Shown here one piece after another: positions 61,181-64,000 of a stretch of DNA of 64,000 bases; the first letter of the stretch is position 1, and each line of letters begins with the position of its first letter. The translations under genes and the position numbers were made by a program. The DNA comes from a bacterium (GTDB lineage: Bacteria > UBA8248), in contig CBDBBI010000010.1 of assembly GCA_965202625.1 (NCBI GenBank), forward strand, positions 448,001 through 512,000. Reading direction: 5' to 3'. Under the pieces are notes generated by a model that was not told where the DNA came from, did not search any database, and saw nothing but the letters and a program-made list of their open reading frames with translations.

Positions 61181-61526
61181 ATGAGGGAACGGACCTTGCC
61201 TCAGAGAATATGCGCAACCTGTCAGAATAAAGCCGATATGGGATTTGGGGAAATGGTGGGCAGGCTCAGAACGGAAGGTTATTTGTGCCTCAAAGAGAAG
61301 AGCGCATTGCTAGTTTGGGGTGCGCTTGCATTTATGGTCTATTCGTTCGAATCGTTTCGGAATCGCGCTGAGAAAAAAGAACCTAAGAGTTGACTCGAAG
61401 TGTGAGAATACTTTTAGACAAAAGATGGAGGGTATCCTGCGCGCCTTCAAGAGAAAGGGTGTATTGTTCAAAAATTTAAGACATTTGAAACGGATGTCGG
61501 AAGAATTTTATATTCGGTCTCTGTGA
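61181..61526 (+). pseudogene. Degenerate YlxR (RnpM)-like gene
   Basis: PQRICATC at the N-terminus, ALRKKNL in another frame; syntenic slot between nusA and infB. Confidence 0.5.
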
Positions 61527-61732
61527 TATGAAGGAATGAATGAAAGAGCATTGAACCGAAAGCCAACTTAACGTGTTATATCTGGCGGATTCCATCATTG
61601 TGGATGATCTTTCCTCGCAGATATTGCAGGGAGAAGAAATAAGCATCGGCTGAGGTGCGATATTTCTTGGGGTTCATTGTAGATTTACCCTGCCTTCGAT
61701 TTAGGGTGTGAATAATTTGTGGTGGAGGTTTT

Positions 61733-64000
61733 ATGGCGAATATACGCGTGTACCAACTGGCCAAGAATCTTGGGTATGACAGCAGACCCTTTGTTGAGGA
61801 ATTGGCTAGGGAGGGAATTGTAGTCAAAAGCCATATGAGCACCGTGGATGATGAAACGGCCGAACTGGTCATGACGCTTTTTTCGCAAGAAACGCCTCAG
61901 GAGGAAAAAGCGGCACTGAAAAGCAAGGCAAAAAAACCAAAGGTTTCAGAGAAAAAAACGATCGCTCAAGATGAGAAGGCAAGTAGTGGGAAAGCGAGTG
62001 ATGATGTCCTAAAAGAACTAAAATCCAAGGAAAAACGTAAGGCTCTTCAGTCTGACGAAGAAGCAGCGGCCAAGAGCGGTATCGTCACTGAGGTTACTGC
62101 TGATGAAAAGCCAGACGCGGAAAAAGACGAAATTAGTCCACAAGAGCAAATAGCCTCAGAAAAATTAACCCTATCTCCAAAAGATGAAGCCTCTGTCCTG
62201 CCACCCAGCTCCGAGAAGGTTAAACAGACGAGCAAAGAAAGAGCTATTCGCCGGCATGGAGGGCGCGTGCGCATTGCAGAGACCATAACGGTGAAGGAAC
62301 TTGCGGAGAAGATTAGCGTAAAACCAACGGAAGTGATCAAAGAGTTAATGAAGAAAGGCCAGATGACGACTATCAATCAAATGATAGATCATAGCATGGC
62401 CACCCAGATATCTGAAATCTTTGGCTATGAAGTTGAAATATCCAAGGATAATATCGAAGATTTACTGATTCAAGAAGAAGACAGGCAAGAAGACCTCGAA
62501 CTCAGAGCCCCGGTTATCACAATTATGGGTCATGTGGACCATGGAAAGACGAGGCTCCTTGACGCCATCCGCAAAGCAAACGTAATGGAAGGCGAAGCAG
62601 GCGGAATAACGCAGCATATTGGTGCCTATCGCGTCACTACGGACAAGGGGACGGCTGTATTTTTGGATACTCCAGGACATGAAGCCTTTACGGCCATGAG
62701 AGCGCGCGGTGCGCAAGTGACGGATTTGGTTATCATCGTTGTGGCAGCGAACGAAGGAGTCATGCCCCAGACGCGAGAGGCGATCGATCATGCGAAAGCT
62801 GCCGGGGTTCCAATTATGGTGGCGATGAATAAAATGGACTTGGCGGATGTAAACCCCGACAGGGTAAAGCAACAGCTCTCCACCTTGGACTTGATTCCAG
62901 AGGAATGGGGTGGTGATACTGTGTATTCGCCCATTTCCGCAAAGGAGAATATGGGTATTGACGATCTTTTAGATATGGCCATATTGCAGGCGGAACTTAT
63001 GGAGTTGAAGGCGAACCCGAATCGGCCCGCCAACGGCGTTGTAGTTGAAGCAAAGCTGGACAAGGGTCGCGGCCCGGTGGCTACCGTTCTGGTTGAACGT
63101 GGGACTTTGAATGTGAGCGATAACTTCGTGGCGGGCAAATGGAATGGCAAAGTTCGGGCGCTGCTGGATGATCAAGGTCGTAAATTGAAGGTTGCCGGAC
63201 CCTCTACTCCCGTAGAAATCTTGGGATTTGCAGGGGTTCCCGAGGCGGGTGATACGTTTACGGTTTTAGAGGACGAGAAAATGGCGCGAGAGATAAGCGC
63301 AAGGCGCCAACAACGTGAACGAATGGCGTCTCTTATGGCTTCCGCGCATGTTTCTCTGGAAAGTTTCATGGAAAGCGTAGAGGAAGGTCGGCTAAAAGAG
63401 CTCGGTTTGATTCTGAAAGCAGACGTGCAGGGAAGCATAGAGGCACTTAAGGAATCCTTGGGCAAGCTCGGCAATGATGAGGTGAGCGTCAAAGTTCTGC
63501 ATAGCGCAGTAGGAGGAGTTACCGAAACCGATGTGATGCTTGCCGCTGCTTCATCGGCCGTTATCGTAGGGTTTAACGTTCGTCCGACTCCCGGGGCCAC
63601 AGAAGCCGCGAAGCGTGAGAAGGTAGAAATTCGCTTATATTCCGTCATTTATGATGCGATTGATGAAATCAAGCTGGCTCTTGAGGGAATACTCGAACCC
63701 GTTCAGCGAGAGGTGGTGCGCGGACATGCGCAAATCAGGGAACTATTCCATGTTCCCAACGTAGGGACAATAGCGGGCTGTTATGTCACCGACGGAAATA
63801 TCAAAAGGGATTCAGGAATTCGACTTATTCGCGATAGCGTAGTGATCTATACGGGGAAAATTTCATCTTTGCGGCGATTCAAAGATGGTGTGAACGAGGT
63901 GCAGTCCGGCTATGAGTGTGGAATCGGAATTGAGAATTATAATGATATCAAGCGAGGTGATATTATAGAGCCATTCGTTGTGGAAGAAGTATCTCGGACC
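61733..64000 (+). CDS. infB: Translation initiation factor IF-2 (stop lies beyond the window)
   Basis: [41 protein letters not shown]; ends [11 protein letters not shown] in frame; absent from the ORF track because no stop is reached. Confidence 0.97.
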   Translation, partial: MANIRVYQLAKNLGYDSRPFVEELAREGIVVKSHMSTVDDETAELVMTLFSQETPQEEKAALKSKAKKPKVSEKKTIAQDEKASSGKASDDVLKELKSKEKRKALQSDEEAAAKSGIVTEVTADEKPDAEKDEISPQEQIASEKLTLSPKDEASVLPPSSEKVKQTSKERAIRRHGGRVRIAETITVKELAEKISVKPTEVIKELMKKGQMTTINQMIDHSMATQISEIFGYEVEISKDNIEDLLIQEEDRQEDLELRAPVITIMGHVDHGKTRLLDAIRKANVMEGEAGGITQHIGAYRVTTDKGTAVFLDTPGHEAFTAMRARGAQVTDLVIIVVAANEGVMPQTREAIDHAKAAGVPIMVAMNKMDLADVNPDRVKQQLSTLDLIPEEWGGDTVYSPISAKENMGIDDLLDMAILQAELMELKANPNRPANGVVVEAKLDKGRGPVATVLVERGTLNVSDNFVAGKWNGKVRALLDDQGRKLKVAGPSTPVEILGFAGVPEAGDTFTVLEDEKMAREISARRQQRERMASLMASAHVSLESFMESVEEGRLKELGLILKADVQGSIEALKESLGKLGNDEVSVKVLHSAVGGVTETDVMLAAASSAVIVGFNVRPTPGATEAAKREKVEIRLYSVIYDAIDEIKLALEGILEPVQREVVRGHAQIRELFHVPNVGTIAGCYVTDGNIKRDSGIRLIRDSVVIYTGKISSLRRFKDGVNEVQSGYECGIGIENYNDIKRGDIIEPFVVEEVSRT

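Overview
GC-rich bacterial chromosomal segment (diderm, probably an uncultured lineage; no taxonomy is claimed). Left to right: a DUF3090/SCO1664 pair; a catabolic cluster of unknown substrate (two Ldh_2 oxidoreductases, split UxaA/SuyAB-like dehydratase, Zn-ADH, SDRs, IMPase); a delta-9-type desaturase with an unusual 11-mer amphipathic tail; ilvC; a System I cytochrome c maturation operon with a Cys-type CcmE; an ABC transporter with capA; housekeeping genes (HU, miaB, UvrD/PcrA); an accessory block at about 45.6-57.5 kb; and a lower-GC rimP-nusA-infB operon. Best observations: (1) a hidden AhpD/CMD-like selenoprotein that the ORF track splits at an in-frame UGA in a CxxU motif (CNNU), followed by a clear bacterial SECIS hairpin; (2) a fully delimited 2,849-bp IS1595-family transporter element (21-bp perfect TIR core, 8-bp TSD ATGAAATA) carrying an outer-membrane beta-barrel gene and a P63C gene, inserted into a decayed MetE-like gene; (3) the desaturase with a perilipin/apolipoprotein-like tail. 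A type II R-M system and an RND pump bracketed by the selenoprotein gene and a decayed copy of it lie alongside. Several small indels in otherwise intact genes could be sequencing errors. All calls come from motif recognition by eye; no searches were run.
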